A DNA stretch of 64,000 nucleotides from an uncultured bacterium (GTDB taxonomy: Bacteria; Verrucomicrobiota; Verrucomicrobiia; Opitutales; Coraliomargaritaceae). Location of the stretch: contig CBEUWO010000001.1 of NCBI GenBank assembly GCA_965546855.1, positions 20,769-84,768 of the forward strand. Reading direction: 5' to 3'. Below, piece by piece: positions 12,136 through 24,027 of this stretch (position 1 is its first letter; each line of letters begins with the position of its first letter). Both the position numbers and the translations under genes were made by a program. The notes below the pieces were generated by a model, which had not been told where the DNA came from, made no database searches, and saw only the letters and a program-made list of their open reading frames with translations.

Positions 12136-12921
12136 TTATTGTAGAATCAGTGCGACTGGGCAATGATCAGAGCCTTCCACTTGATCCAAGATTTGGGCAT
12201 CCTCGATCTGTGGACTCAGCGCTTCGGATACGCAAAAGTAGTCCAAGCGCCATCCGATATTTCGTGAACGAGCTGCTGCGCGATAAGACCACCAGCTGTA
12301 GCGCTCGGTGGCATCCGGATAGAGTTGTCGAAAGCTATCGACGAAACCGGCTTCTAGGATCGCGTCAAAGCGTGCCCGTTCTTCAGCTGTAAATCCGGCA
12401 TTCTTGCGATTCGGCTGGGGATTGCTCAGGTCGATCTCTTTGTGAGCCACATTTAGATCGCCGCAGAAGATGACTGGCTTCTTTGCTTCGAGCGCTTTGC
12501 AATGTGCGAGGAAGTCGACATCCCATTCTTTAGTCCGGTAATCGAGTCGCTTGGGGCGTTTGTTTTCGTCGTGGTTCTGCGCGTTCGGCGTATAGACCGT
12601 GACGAGAAAGTAGTCTTCAAATTCAGCAGTGATAACGCGCCCCTCGTTGTCGTGCTTTTCGATGCCGAGGCCGTATTGAACCCAGAGTGGGGCGGTTTTA
12701 CTGATAATTGCAGTGCCCGAATAGCCCTTTTTGTCGGCACAGTTCCAGTAAGCATGTGGGTAGCCTACAAAGGCGAAGTTTTCGACTAGATCTTGAGAGA
12801 TCTTAGTTTCTTGCAAGCAGATGACATCTGGCTGCTCGCTATCAAGAAAAGACTCGAAGCCCTTTTTAATTGCAGCGCGTATGCCGTTGACGTTCCATGA
12901 GATGAGTTTGTGTGGAAACAT
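12136..12921 (-). CDS. xth: Exodeoxyribonuclease III (AP endonuclease)
   Basis: [37 protein letters not shown]. Confidence 0.95.
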   Translation of the reverse strand: MFPHKLISWNVNGIRAAIKKGFESFLDSEQPDVICLQETKISQDLVENFAFVGYPHAYWNCADKKGYSGTAIISKTAPLWVQYGLGIEKHDNEGRVITAEFEDYFLVTVYTPNAQNHDENKRPKRLDYRTKEWDVDFLAHCKALEAKKPVIFCGDLNVAHKEIDLSNPQPNRKNAGFTAEERARFDAILEAGFVDSFRQLYPDATERYSWWSYRAAARSRNIGWRLDYFCVSEALSPQIEDAQILDQVEGSDHCPVALILQ

Positions 12922-13069
12922 AAATGTAAGCTATTGCTAACCGACTAATGAGGGCAACAGACTTCTGTGACCTCGGTGGCGAACAATTGTCCTCAGCGAA
13001 AAGTTGCATCAACTAGGCAGGCATCATTGATATGGTGCTTTTGATGATTGTGACGAGCTCGGATGGATG

Positions 13070-14215
13070 CTAACGATCAAGCAGTTTTAGGAACTCGGCG
13101 TTGTTTTCTGTTTGCGTGAAGCGGTCGATCATGATCTCGGCGGCGTCTTCGATCTTTTGCCCCGAGAGTGCGCGGCGCAGAAATTGAGCGCCTTCCAAGT
13201 ATTTACCAGAAAGGATCATTTCTTCCTTACGTGTGCCGGAAGCATTGAGATTAATCGCGGGCCAGAGGCGCAGTTCTGCGGCTTTGCGGTCGAGTACCAT
13301 TTCCATATTACCGGTGCCTTTGAATTCTTGGAAGATGAGGTCGTCCATCTTGCTGCCTGTCTGCACGAGTGCGGTGGCGATGATGGTGAGACTGCCGCCT
13401 TCTTCGCAATTACGCGCAGCGGAGAAAAATTGGCGTGGCTTTTCGAGGGCGCGGCTATCGAGGCCACCGGTCATGGTGCGGCCACCTTTGCCGGATGCAG
13501 CATTGTAGGCGCGAGCCAAGCGGGTAATAGAGTCGAGCAGTAGGACGACATCTTTGCCAGCTTCGACGAGGTGCTTCGCGCGCTCGATTGCGAGCTCAGC
13601 GAGACGGGTATGATTGGTAATTTCTTCGTCGTTTGAAGATGCGTAGATCTCGGCATCGACACTGCGCTTGAAGTCGGTGACTTCTTCGGGGCGCTCGTCA
13701 ACGAGCAGCACAATGACGTGACACTCGGGGTGATTCTCCATCACGCCGTGAGCGATGTCGTGTAGAATAGTGGTCTTGCCTGTGCGTGGCGGTGCGACGA
13801 TGAGGCCGCGGGTGCCTTTGCCGATGGGGCAAAACATATCCATGATGCGTGTGGTGACGCGGCCATCTTTTGACTCAAGCTTGAGCTGCTCGTCAGGAGC
13901 GATGGAGACCATCTGTTGGAATGTGTAGCGACCTTTGCGCTCCTCTATTGTGCATCCGTCGACGGTGTCGATGAAGTTGACCTTTGGGTTAGGAAAACGC
14001 GGGTTGCTGATGGCGTTGCCTTCGATGAAGTGGCCTTGCTTGAGTCGGAAGCGCTTGATCAGCTCGCGTGTCACGAAAGGATCTGTTGGACGAGTCTTAC
14101 CGTTGCGGGCAGGGTCGAGGAGCTGGCCGGTCTTATTCGGGAGCATTTCCAGAATGCCTGATACGGTGATTTGATTATCCTGAGGTGCTTCTTTGGGTGT
14201 TGCTTCGTTACTCAT
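13070..14215 (-). CDS. rho: Transcription termination factor Rho, short atypical form
   Basis: [62 protein letters not shown]. Start at ATG 14215. Confidence 0.9.
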   Translation of the reverse strand: MSNEATPKEAPQDNQITVSGILEMLPNKTGQLLDPARNGKTRPTDPFVTRELIKRFRLKQGHFIEGNAISNPRFPNPKVNFIDTVDGCTIEERKGRYTFQQMVSIAPDEQLKLESKDGRVTTRIMDMFCPIGKGTRGLIVAPPRTGKTTILHDIAHGVMENHPECHVIVLLVDERPEEVTDFKRSVDAEIYASSNDEEITNHTRLAELAIERAKHLVEAGKDVVLLLDSITRLARAYNAASGKGGRTMTGGLDSRALEKPRQFFSAARNCEEGGSLTIIATALVQTGSKMDDLIFQEFKGTGNMEMVLDRKAAELRLWPAINLNASGTRKEEMILSGKYLEGAQFLRRALSGQKIEDAAEIMIDRFTQTENNAEFLKLLDR

Positions 14216-14492
14216 GTTCGAGTGCCACGTATGGCGGTAGTAGGTCTTTGAGAAAGTGGCGTGCGGACGCACGTCATTTCGTGGGGGCTCAACGGAAGAT
14301 AATCCGAAGATTAGTTAAATATCGTTTTTCAGCTGTTAGATGGACACTAGGTCCGCTCGATTGCGAGCCCTCGGCTGCGCATGCTTTGTAAGCGATGTGT
14401 AAGGATTTGAAGGACAAGTTTGTCGATGTCAAGCGCAGCTTCGCTGCCCTGTGAGGACTGGTGAGGACTCGGCTACGCTACCTGATGGAAAT

Positions 14493-14554
14493 CGCGGGAT
14501 AAACCCACTCGCTACGAACAGAATCCGTGTAGGGGCTGGCTTTATGCCATGCCC
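14493..14554. repeat. Divergent pair of GTAG-type REP-like palindromes
   Basis: Minus strand 14515-14493 GTAGCGAGTGGGTTTATCCCGCG; plus strand 14529-14554 GTAGGGGCTGGCTTTATGCCATGCCC. Each is GTAG plus an imperfect stem with TTTAT loop. Confidence 0.6.
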
Positions 14555-14653
14555 TTTGTCTTGGCAGGGTCTGTCAGTCTGGGGTATTCACTTTCACTCC
14601 TTAGCTCTGCCTAGTTGCCGAAGACATCACTTCCTTGATTCGGATCCTCCGAA

Positions 14654-15979
<1,326 letters not shown>

Positions 15980-16190
15980 CGCCTACCACCCTAACTGAGT
16001 ATGGACATCTGACAAGTCCGCTTGGCAATTATATTTCAAGTGCTAAGATAAGAAGCTTGATAATATTAATTTTGCCTGTGTTCTTTTGTGACCTTCGAGT
16101 CTTTTATAGGGAAGTTAGCATTAAGTTAAATTGTAGCTTGCATGAGATAGGCTAAAAATTAGGGTCTCAGCGTTTTGAGGGCGTCCGCTT

Positions 16191-16754
16191 ATGGACCTCA
16201 CAATTAGCATGCAAAATACAACCATAGCTTATGATAGTAAGGTCGAGGGTGAAGTCATTGTCACTCAGGCGGATGCTGTAATTAACTGGATTCGTAAACA
16301 TTCGGTCTGGCCGATGCCCATGGGCCTCGCTTGCTGCGCGATTGAATTGATGGCTGCAGGTGGTGCGCGGTTCGACATTTCCCGATTCGGGATGGAAGTG
16401 ATGCGTTTCTCGCCTCGTCAAGCGGACTGCATGATCGTGGCAGGCACGGTGACTTACAAAATGGCAGAAGTCGTGCGTCGTATTTATGATCAAATGGCAG
16501 AGCCCAAATGGGTGGTAGCGATGGGCGCTTGTGCGAGCACAGGTGGGATGTATCGCTCATATGCGACGCTGCAAGGCGTGGATCAAATTATCCCAGTCGA
16601 TGTTTATGTAAGTGGTTGCCCTCCGCGTCCGGAGGCACTGTTGGATGCTATGATTAAACTACAGGACAAGATCGGGACCGAGCGTTCGGTGAAGAACTTG
16701 ATCCCTGAAAAGGTCGATTCTAAGGAATTTGCCGGAGCTGATAAGGAACCTTAA
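16191..16754 (+). CDS. nuoB: NADH-quinone oxidoreductase subunit B
   Basis: [30 protein letters not shown]. Confidence 0.97.
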   Translation: MDLTISMQNTTIAYDSKVEGEVIVTQADAVINWIRKHSVWPMPMGLACCAIELMAAGGARFDISRFGMEVMRFSPRQADCMIVAGTVTYKMAEVVRRIYDQMAEPKWVVAMGACASTGGMYRSYATLQGVDQIIPVDVYVSGCPPRPEALLDAMIKLQDKIGTERSVKNLIPEKVDSKEFAGADKEP

Positions 16755-16757
16755 GCT

Positions 16758-17375
16758 ATGACTACTAGTGATTTGGCTCTTCTCAAGGAGCGCTTCGAAA
16801 CTCTCACAGAGCGCGAGTCTTCGGATCATAGCGCTTTGAATTGCCCGGCAGATCAGTTGATCGAGTTGTGCATGGTACTGCGCGATGAACTCGGCTACGA
16901 TATGCTGGTCGATGTGACTGCGATCGATTGGGATGCACAGAGTCCGCGTTTTACCGGGATCTATCACTTCTTATCTACCACGACGCATGAGTATCTACGT
17001 GTGGCTGCGGATTGCACTGATGATATTAATCCAGCACTGCCATCGCTCGCTGGCCTGTATGCTGCGGCGAATTGGCACGAGCGCGAAACATACGATTTGT
17101 TTGGCATCCGCTACGAGGGTCACTCAGATCTAACACGTATCTTGATGTGGCACGACTATCCGTATCATCCATTACGCAAGGATTTCCCATTGGCTGGTAT
17201 CGAAGTGCCGCTACCAGCGGCCGATGTCGCTGAGACTACCGGTATGTCCGTTAAGCCCGCGCCAATGGCGGGTGGACCATTCGTCTCTTCGGCCGATGGC
17301 CCGATGAGTCAGACTGAGCCACGGGGACGTGATGAGAGCTGGAATGAGAAACAGGAAAAACCCTGCGGGAAATAG
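16758..17375 (+). CDS. nuoC: NADH-quinone oxidoreductase subunit C
   Basis: ANWHERETYDLFGI, HPLRKDFPL. Confidence 0.95.
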   Translation: MTTSDLALLKERFETLTERESSDHSALNCPADQLIELCMVLRDELGYDMLVDVTAIDWDAQSPRFTGIYHFLSTTTHEYLRVAADCTDDINPALPSLAGLYAAANWHERETYDLFGIRYEGHSDLTRILMWHDYPYHPLRKDFPLAGIEVPLPAADVAETTGMSVKPAPMAGGPFVSSADGPMSQTEPRGRDESWNEKQEKPCGK

Positions 17376-17388
17376 GAATTTTTTTAAA

Positions 17389-18627
17389 ATGGCCACTACC
17401 AAAGAACTTTCAATCGGCGATGCCGGCGCGCGCGCAAGCGATGTCGAAGGCGAGCTATCCGGCGAAACCATGTTGCTCAACGTCGGGCCTTCACACCCGA
17501 CCACCCACGGCGTGCTGCGCCTGAAGATGGAGCTCGACGGCGACGTCGTTAAAAAGTGTGAGCCTGTGCTCGGCTACCTGCACCGCGGTGCTGAGAAAAT
17601 CGCTGAGAACATGACTTACAATCAGTTCGTGCCTTACACGGATCGCTTGGACTATATCGCACCGCTTTCAAACAATGTCGCATATGCGATGGCAGTTGAA
17701 AAACTTGCGAACCTGGAAGTGCCAGAGCGTTGCCAAGCCATTCGTTTGCTCTGCTGTGAGTTGGCTCGTATCTCTTCTCATTTGTTAGGGGTCGGTGTTT
17801 ACGGCATGGATGCGGGTGCGTGGACGGTGTTCATGTATACCTTCACTGAACGTGAAAAACTCTACACACTCTTCGAAGAATTGACCGGAGCACGTTTCAC
17901 CACCAGCTACACACGCATTGGTGGAGTCGCACGTGACATCCCTGAGGGGTGGTTGGGCCGAGTGCTTGATTTTTGCAAAGGCGTGCTGCCAGTGCTGGAT
18001 CAGGTCGACAAGTTGCTTACTCGCAATCGTATCTTCATGGACCGCACAGTTGGAATTGGTGTAATCTCTAAACAAGACGCGCTTTCTTACGGTTTGACTG
18101 GACCAAATCTGCGCGCCTGTGGAATCGATCACGATCTACGTAAGGACAAGCCATACTTAGGCTATGAGAATTACGACTTTGAAGTGCCAATCGGCACCAA
18201 CGGAGATTGCTACGATCGCTATTTGATGCGTGCTGAGGAGATCCGTCAAAGTGTTGGCATTATTCGTCAGTGCATTGGAAAATTCCCTGAAGGCTCTTAC
18301 TATGCTGAAGATGCGAAGAAGATTTTCGCACCACAAAAAGCCAAAGTGCTCACCAGCATGGAAGAACTGATTCAGAATTTTATGATTGTGACTGAAGGGC
18401 CACAGATACCTGCGGGCGAAGTATATTTCGAAGCTGAAAACCCGAAGGGTGCGCTTGGCTTCTTCATTCACTCAAAGGGTGGGGGCGTGCCGTATCGCTT
18501 GAAGATTCGCGGTCCATCATTCTGTAATCTCAGCATCCTCGATAAATTGATCCCCGGCCACTATTTGACCGACATCACCGTGATCCTTGGATCGCTCGAT
18601 TTCGTGATGGGTGAGTGTGACCGCTAG
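17389..18627 (+). CDS. nuoD: NADH-quinone oxidoreductase subunit D
   Basis: NVGPSHPTTHGVLRL, GYLHRG, DRLDY, ENPKG, DFVMGECDR. Start at ATG 17389. Confidence 0.97.
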   Translation: MATTKELSIGDAGARASDVEGELSGETMLLNVGPSHPTTHGVLRLKMELDGDVVKKCEPVLGYLHRGAEKIAENMTYNQFVPYTDRLDYIAPLSNNVAYAMAVEKLANLEVPERCQAIRLLCCELARISSHLLGVGVYGMDAGAWTVFMYTFTEREKLYTLFEELTGARFTTSYTRIGGVARDIPEGWLGRVLDFCKGVLPVLDQVDKLLTRNRIFMDRTVGIGVISKQDALSYGLTGPNLRACGIDHDLRKDKPYLGYENYDFEVPIGTNGDCYDRYLMRAEEIRQSVGIIRQCIGKFPEGSYYAEDAKKIFAPQKAKVLTSMEELIQNFMIVTEGPQIPAGEVYFEAENPKGALGFFIHSKGGGVPYRLKIRGPSFCNLSILDKLIPGHYLTDITVILGSLDFVMGECDR

Positions 18628-18691
18628 GAAACGCTGAAATTTGGAAATACTGAAACGCTGAAATTTCGAAACTTTGAAATGCTGAAACGAT
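18628..18691. repeat. 8 tandem octamers GAAAYNNT filling the nuoD-nuoE spacer
   Basis: gaaacgct gaaatttg gaaatact gaaacgct gaaatttc gaaacttt gaaatgct gaaacgat; the last unit supplies the nuoE ATG. Confidence 0.9.
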
Positions 18692-19169
18692 GAATTTAAA
18701 ACCCGAAACAATCGAAAAAATTGATACGCTGGTGCCGCGCTATCCAACGATGAAGAGCGCCGCGCTACCACTTTGCCACTTGGTGCAAGAGGATCAGGGC
18801 TATCTTTCGAATGAGGCAATGGAATGGATCGCAGGGCGTTTGAATTTGCAGCCGATCAACATTCTTGAGTTAGTGACGTTCTACCCGATGCTGCGCACTG
18901 AGCCGACTGGTCAGCATCACGTGCGCGTTTGCCGCACACTGCCTTGCGCATTGGCTGGGGCCTATCAGACCTGCGAGCGCCTTGAGAAAGAGTTTAATTG
19001 CAAGGTCGGTCACACCAGCGAAGACGGTGCGGTGACGCTCGAGTTTGTCGAGTGTCATGCGGATTGCGGTAAAGGTCCAGTCGTGATGGTCGGTGAAGAC
19101 GAATACACTGATATCGATCCCGACAAGGCATCCGAGCTCGCTGCTAAAATCAAGAACGGCGAAATTTAG
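18690..19169 (+). CDS. nuoE: NADH-quinone oxidoreductase subunit E
   Basis: VTFYPM, VCRTLPC, VECHADC 2Fe-2S ligands. Confidence 0.95.
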   Translation: MNLKPETIEKIDTLVPRYPTMKSAALPLCHLVQEDQGYLSNEAMEWIAGRLNLQPINILELVTFYPMLRTEPTGQHHVRVCRTLPCALAGAYQTCERLEKEFNCKVGHTSEDGAVTLEFVECHADCGKGPVVMVGEDEYTDIDPDKASELAAKIKNGEI

Positions 19170-19181
19170 TCGCGCTCTTCA

Positions 19182-19204
19182 TTCCTAATTTTTAATTTCT
19201 AATT
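19182..19204. repeat. Heptamer array YYYCTAA-type in the nuoE-nuoF spacer
   Basis: ttcctaa tttttaa tttctaa tt, followed by gcttcgc. Confidence 0.75.
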
Positions 19205-19240
19205 GCTTCGCCATTTCCGGCAGACCTCCATCCCAATCAC

Positions 19241-20608
19241 ATGCCAACACCACAGGAACATAGGCTTATTTTTAAGCACATCGACGAGCCGGGTTACACC
19301 AACGACATCGACTGCTACGTTAAACACGGTGGCTACGAGCAGCTCAAGCAGGCGGTCACCATGAAGCCCGAAGACATTTGCGCGGATGTGCTGACGTCTG
19401 GCGTGCGTGGTCGTGGTGGTGCAGGTTTCCCAGCTGGGATGAAGTGGAAGTTTCTCGACCGCAAGTCGGGCAAGCCGATCTATCTTGTCTGTAATGCGGA
19501 TGAATCGGAGCCAGGCACTTTCAAAGACCGTCAAATCATTCACCAAGATCCGCATCAGTTGATCGAAGGTATGATGTGTTCGGCCTTTGCTATTCAGGCA
19601 AAGCTCGCTTTCATTTATATCCGTGGTGAGTTTTTCCAAGGTTACAAGATCCTCGAACAAGCGATCGAAGAGGCCCGCGAGAAGGGGTTCCTTGGTGAAA
19701 ACATTCTAGGCACTGGTTACTCGTGCGATATCATCGTCCACCGTGGTGCTGGCGCATACATTTGTGGTGAGGAAACTGGGCTGATCGAATCGATCGAAGG
19801 CAACCGTGCGAATCCACGTATTAAGCCTCCCTATTTCCCAGCGGCCCTCGGCCTTTATCAGTGCCCGACGATCGTCAACAACGTGGAAACACTGTGCGAC
19901 GTGAAGCACATCATCGAGCTCGGCGGCAAAGGTTTCTCTGAAATCGGCACTCCGGGTAACACTGGCACACGTATTTGGTGTGTGTCTGGCCACGTGCAAA
20001 AGCCGGGCTACTACGAATTTCCTTGTTCCGCAGTCACGTTGGGACAGCTCATCTATGATGTCTGTGGTGGCCTGAAGCCAGGGCGCAAGCTCAAGGCAGT
20101 CATCCCCGGTGGCTCTTCGGCGAAGATTCTGCGAGCGGACGAACGTTTCACTGGTAAGCTCAAAGATGGCACCGATTTTGATTGGGGCATCGAAGATATC
20201 CCGATGGATTTCGATAGCCTCGGTTTAGTCGGTTCTATGTCTGGATCTGGTGGTGTGATCGTGATGGATGACTCGACCGATATGGTTGAGGCGCTCGCGA
20301 ACATTAACTATTTTTACGCACACGAAAGTTGCGGTCAGTGCACACCATGCCGAGAAGGTGTGCCTTGGATGCGTAAGGTCACGCAGCGTATGGTCGATGG
20401 TGAAGCGCGCGAAGAAGATGCGCAGTTGCTCAAGAACATTGCTGACCAAATCGCGGGTCGCACGATTTGCGCGTTCGGTGAAGCGGCCTCATGGCCTGTG
20501 CAGAGTTTTATCGCTAAATTTAATGACGAATTTGTGGAAAAAGCCCGCACGCAAGCGGCCCTTCGTAAAGAAGGTAAACCCACAGCTGAGAAAACTACTT
20601 TGATTTAA
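19241..20608 (+). CDS. nuoF: NADH-quinone oxidoreductase subunit F
   Basis: GRGGAGFP, NADESEPGTFKDR, GAYICGEET, ESCGQCTPCREG, ICAFG. Confidence 0.97.
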   Translation: MPTPQEHRLIFKHIDEPGYTNDIDCYVKHGGYEQLKQAVTMKPEDICADVLTSGVRGRGGAGFPAGMKWKFLDRKSGKPIYLVCNADESEPGTFKDRQIIHQDPHQLIEGMMCSAFAIQAKLAFIYIRGEFFQGYKILEQAIEEAREKGFLGENILGTGYSCDIIVHRGAGAYICGEETGLIESIEGNRANPRIKPPYFPAALGLYQCPTIVNNVETLCDVKHIIELGGKGFSEIGTPGNTGTRIWCVSGHVQKPGYYEFPCSAVTLGQLIYDVCGGLKPGRKLKAVIPGGSSAKILRADERFTGKLKDGTDFDWGIEDIPMDFDSLGLVGSMSGSGGVIVMDDSTDMVEALANINYFYAHESCGQCTPCREGVPWMRKVTQRMVDGEAREEDAQLLKNIADQIAGRTICAFGEAASWPVQSFIAKFNDEFVEKARTQAALRKEGKPTAEKTTLI

Positions 20609-20612
20609 GACC

Positions 20613-22334
20613 ATGGAAATCCAAAGCATAGTCGAAAATATCACCATCAATATTGATGGGCAGGATATTGATGTGCCGAAGGGCATCAACATCATCGAAG
20701 CGGTGAAGCTTGCCGGTAAGGGCAAGGAAGTGCCGCATTACTGCTACCATCCGAAACTATCCATCGCCGGTAATTGTCGCATGTGCATGGTTGAAATGGG
20801 CATGCCGATGCGCGACCGCGCGACTGGCGAAGCCGTTCTCGACGAGAACGGTGTGCAAAAGGTTGGTTGGATGCCAAAGCCGACTATCGGCTGTGCGACC
20901 AACGCGTCGCCTGGGATGCACATCCGCACGAATTCTGAGATGGTGAAGGAGTCGCGCAATGGCGTGACTGAGTTCTTGTTAATCAATCACCCGCTGGATT
21001 GCCCAATTTGCGACCAAGCAGGGGAGTGTAAATTGCAGGAGTTCTCCGCTGAGCATGGCCGTGGTTATAGCCGCTTTATTGAGCAAAAAAATGTGAAGCC
21101 CAAGCGCACGAAGCTCGGCTCGCGTGTCACACTCGATGATGAGCGCTGCATCCTTTGCTCACGTTGCGTTCGTTTTTCTAAAGAAGTCGCGGGTGAAGAT
21201 GTGCTCGGTTTCGTTGACCGTGGCACTTACTCAACACTCACTTGTTACCCTGGCAAACAACTGGAGCACAATTACTCGCTCAACACTGTCGATATTTGCC
21301 CCGTTGGTGCACTCACTAGCACAGACTTCCGCTTCAAGATGCGTGTTTGGTTCCTCAAGCGCACCAACAGCATCTGCACCGAAAGTAGTGTTGGTGCGAA
21401 TACAGAAATTTGGAGCCGCGAAGGTAAGATCTACCGTATCACGCCGCGTCGTAATGATGCCGTGAATGATACATGGATGACGGACTCGGGCCGTGAACTG
21501 TTCAAAGCATCCGAGTCCGACGATCGCCTGATACACTACACGATTGAAGGTGTGCACAATACCGATCTTGAGACTGCGCAGGCTGCAGCTGACTTGTTGA
21601 AGGCTGGTGATGTCGCACTGGTCGGCTCTGCAAATAGTTCAGTCGAAGAGCAATTCTTTTATCGCCTGATGGCAGATCGTTGCAGCGCATCAGTCATACT
21701 CGTCGGTAAGGCAGGTGAGGGCGATGGCATCTTACTTTCCGAAGACCGCACACCGAATCTTCGTGGCGCACTCTTGAATGGTTTGATTACCACGCTTCCA
21801 GGAGCTGATTTGACTACGCTTGCGGGTGACATCAACTCAGGTGCAGTGAAGACCTTGGCTGTGGTGAATGAAGACGTCACTAAGCTCGGTATCTCTTCTG
21901 AACTACTCGCAAAAGTTAAGGTCGTGTATTTCGGCACCCATGCGAATGAAGTGAGCCAAATCGCCAATGTCGTTTGCCCATCGTTGATGGTTTACGAGAA
22001 GGATGGTTCATTTGTGAATCAAAGTTTCCGTTTGCAGAAATTCAAGGCAGCGGTGCCTGGGCCACGTGGAGTTCAATCCGACATTACCGTGTTGGAAAAG
22101 ATCGTGGCGATCTTGGGCGACGAAAAGCCAAGCGCACTTACAATCGACGAGGCGTGGGTGCGTATTGCTGGTAGGGTGAGCGCCTTCGAAGGACTTAGCT
22201 GGCGCGATATTTCTGATGAGGGCGTCGCACTCGATCCGGCACAGTTGATCGACCTGCCGTTCGTTGAAACCAAGAATTTAAAGTTCGATCCAGTCGCGTT
22301 CAAGGAGGCGCAAGTCGCTTCCACTGAAGCTTAA
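20613..22334 (+). CDS. nuoG: NADH-quinone oxidoreductase subunit G
   Basis: PHYCYHPKL, CRMC, HPLDCPICDQAGEC, CILCSRCVR, DICPVGAL. Confidence 0.95.
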   Translation: MEIQSIVENITINIDGQDIDVPKGINIIEAVKLAGKGKEVPHYCYHPKLSIAGNCRMCMVEMGMPMRDRATGEAVLDENGVQKVGWMPKPTIGCATNASPGMHIRTNSEMVKESRNGVTEFLLINHPLDCPICDQAGECKLQEFSAEHGRGYSRFIEQKNVKPKRTKLGSRVTLDDERCILCSRCVRFSKEVAGEDVLGFVDRGTYSTLTCYPGKQLEHNYSLNTVDICPVGALTSTDFRFKMRVWFLKRTNSICTESSVGANTEIWSREGKIYRITPRRNDAVNDTWMTDSGRELFKASESDDRLIHYTIEGVHNTDLETAQAAADLLKAGDVALVGSANSSVEEQFFYRLMADRCSASVILVGKAGEGDGILLSEDRTPNLRGALLNGLITTLPGADLTTLAGDINSGAVKTLAVVNEDVTKLGISSELLAKVKVVYFGTHANEVSQIANVVCPSLMVYEKDGSFVNQSFRLQKFKAAVPGPRGVQSDITVLEKIVAILGDEKPSALTIDEAWVRIAGRVSAFEGLSWRDISDEGVALDPAQLIDLPFVETKNLKFDPVAFKEAQVASTEA

Positions 22335-22349
22335 AGCAAATTGCCGGAT

Positions 22350-23462
22350 ATGGAATTTATAACCAATACACTTCCGTTCACGTTGCCGATTGTTTTTTCA
22401 ATCGCGATGATCTCCGTGTTCATGGGGCTTTGCAGTTACTCTGTTCTCGCGGAGCGTAAGGTGTCCAGCTGGATTCAAGGCCGCACTGGCCCGAATCGCA
22501 CACGCCTGCCATTACTTGGACATATTCCGATTCTTGGTAATATCCTCACTCGCTTGGGTATCTTCCAGCCCGTCGCCGACGGCCTGAAATTCCTATTCAA
22601 GGAAGAGATCACTCCTGGCCACGTAAAGAAGGGCTATTATTATTTGGCACCTATCTTGGCCTTGGCGCCAGCACTGACTACAATGGTGGTGCTTCCGTTT
22701 GGTCGTTACGTCGATCCGTCCGGTGTCGTGCAGCCGCTCGTGCTCGCTAATATCGACGTCGGCATGCTGTTCATCTTGGGGGTTTCCTCGTTGGGTGTCT
22801 ATGGTATCGTTTTAGCCGGCTGGTCTTCGAACAGTAAATATCCATTCCTCGGCGCGATTCGTGCATCTGCACAAATGGTATCCTACGAATTGGCGATGGG
22901 ACTTTCAATCCTACCAGTCTTCATGTGGGCTTCTGCTCCAGGCACTGATTACGGTCTGTCACTCTTCGGTGTGGTCGAGTCGCAGTCAGGTCTTTGGTTA
23001 GTTTTTTGGCAGCCATTGTCTGCATTAATCTTCCTCGTGTCTGTCTTTGCTGAAACCAATCGTCTACCGTTCGATATGGCAGAGTCCGAGACCGACCTCG
23101 TTGGTGGTTTCCATACTGAGTATGGTTGCTTCAAATTCGGTCTATTTTTCGTGGCCGAATATGCACACGTCATAATGGGCTCGGCACTGTTCGTGTTGTT
23201 GTTTCTCGGTGGTTGGAATTTCCTTCCCGGGATGGCAGACCCTTGGGGTGCAAGTGAGTATGGCGCAGTGCTTTCGGTACTGTGGTTTATGGGCAAGGTA
23301 TTTGCCATGATCTTCTTTTTCATCTGGGTGCGCTGGACGCTGCCACGTTTCCGCTATGACCAAGTGATGGCACTTGGTTGGAAGATTTTACTACCACTCG
23401 CAATTGGTAACCTTATTTTCAACACAGTGCTGATCGCTTTGCATGATACAGCTGGCTTCTAA
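22350..23462 (+). CDS. nuoH: NADH-quinone oxidoreductase subunit H
   Basis: ERKVSSWIQGRTGPN, QPVADGLK, SYE, ETNRLPFD..ESE, RWTLPRFRYDQ. ATG 22350 preferred over TTG 22341. Confidence 0.97.
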   Translation: MEFITNTLPFTLPIVFSIAMISVFMGLCSYSVLAERKVSSWIQGRTGPNRTRLPLLGHIPILGNILTRLGIFQPVADGLKFLFKEEITPGHVKKGYYYLAPILALAPALTTMVVLPFGRYVDPSGVVQPLVLANIDVGMLFILGVSSLGVYGIVLAGWSSNSKYPFLGAIRASAQMVSYELAMGLSILPVFMWASAPGTDYGLSLFGVVESQSGLWLVFWQPLSALIFLVSVFAETNRLPFDMAESETDLVGGFHTEYGCFKFGLFFVAEYAHVIMGSALFVLLFLGGWNFLPGMADPWGASEYGAVLSVLWFMGKVFAMIFFFIWVRWTLPRFRYDQVMALGWKILLPLAIGNLIFNTVLIALHDTAGF

Positions 23463-23474
23463 ACCGTAACTAGT

Positions 23475-24023
23475 ATGGCTAAAACAAAAGTTCTAGAGCG
23501 TAAGCCGCTCACTTTCGCGGAAAAAACATTTATTCCGCAAATCGTTACTGGGTTGAAGACAACTCTGACAGCAATGCTTGATAAGACGATCACTCTGGAG
23601 TATCCGGAGCAACGTCCTGTCATCCCTGAAAACTACCGTGGCGTGCCCACACTGGTGAAGGATCCCAATGGTCGTGAAAAGTGTGTCTCTTGCCAATTGT
23701 GTGAATTCGTTTGCCCGCCCAAGGCGATCAAGATCATCCCTGGTGAGATCGATGCCGAAGCTGAACCGGATCGCGCACACGTCGAAAAGGCTCCGAAGGA
23801 GTTCGAGATCAATATGCTGCGCTGCATTTATTGTGGCCTGTGCCAGGAAGTGTGCCCGGAAGAGGCGATCTTCTTAAAAGATATTTTCTCCATGTCCGGC
23901 TACACGCGCGAAGAGATGATCAATAAGAAGGACAAACTCTATAAACTGGGCGGCACTTTGCCGGATCAACACTACAAGTGGGATAAGAAGAAAGCCGCTG
24001 AAGAGGCGGGTAACGCACATTAA
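23475..24023 (+). CDS. nuoI: NADH-quinone oxidoreductase subunit I
   Basis: CVSCQLCEFVCP and CIYCGLCQEVCP. Confidence 0.97.
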   Translation: MAKTKVLERKPLTFAEKTFIPQIVTGLKTTLTAMLDKTITLEYPEQRPVIPENYRGVPTLVKDPNGREKCVSCQLCEFVCPPKAIKIIPGEIDAEAEPDRAHVEKAPKEFEINMLRCIYCGLCQEVCPEEAIFLKDIFSMSGYTREEMINKKDKLYKLGGTLPDQHYKWDKKKAAEEAGNAH

Positions 24024-24027
24024 TCGT

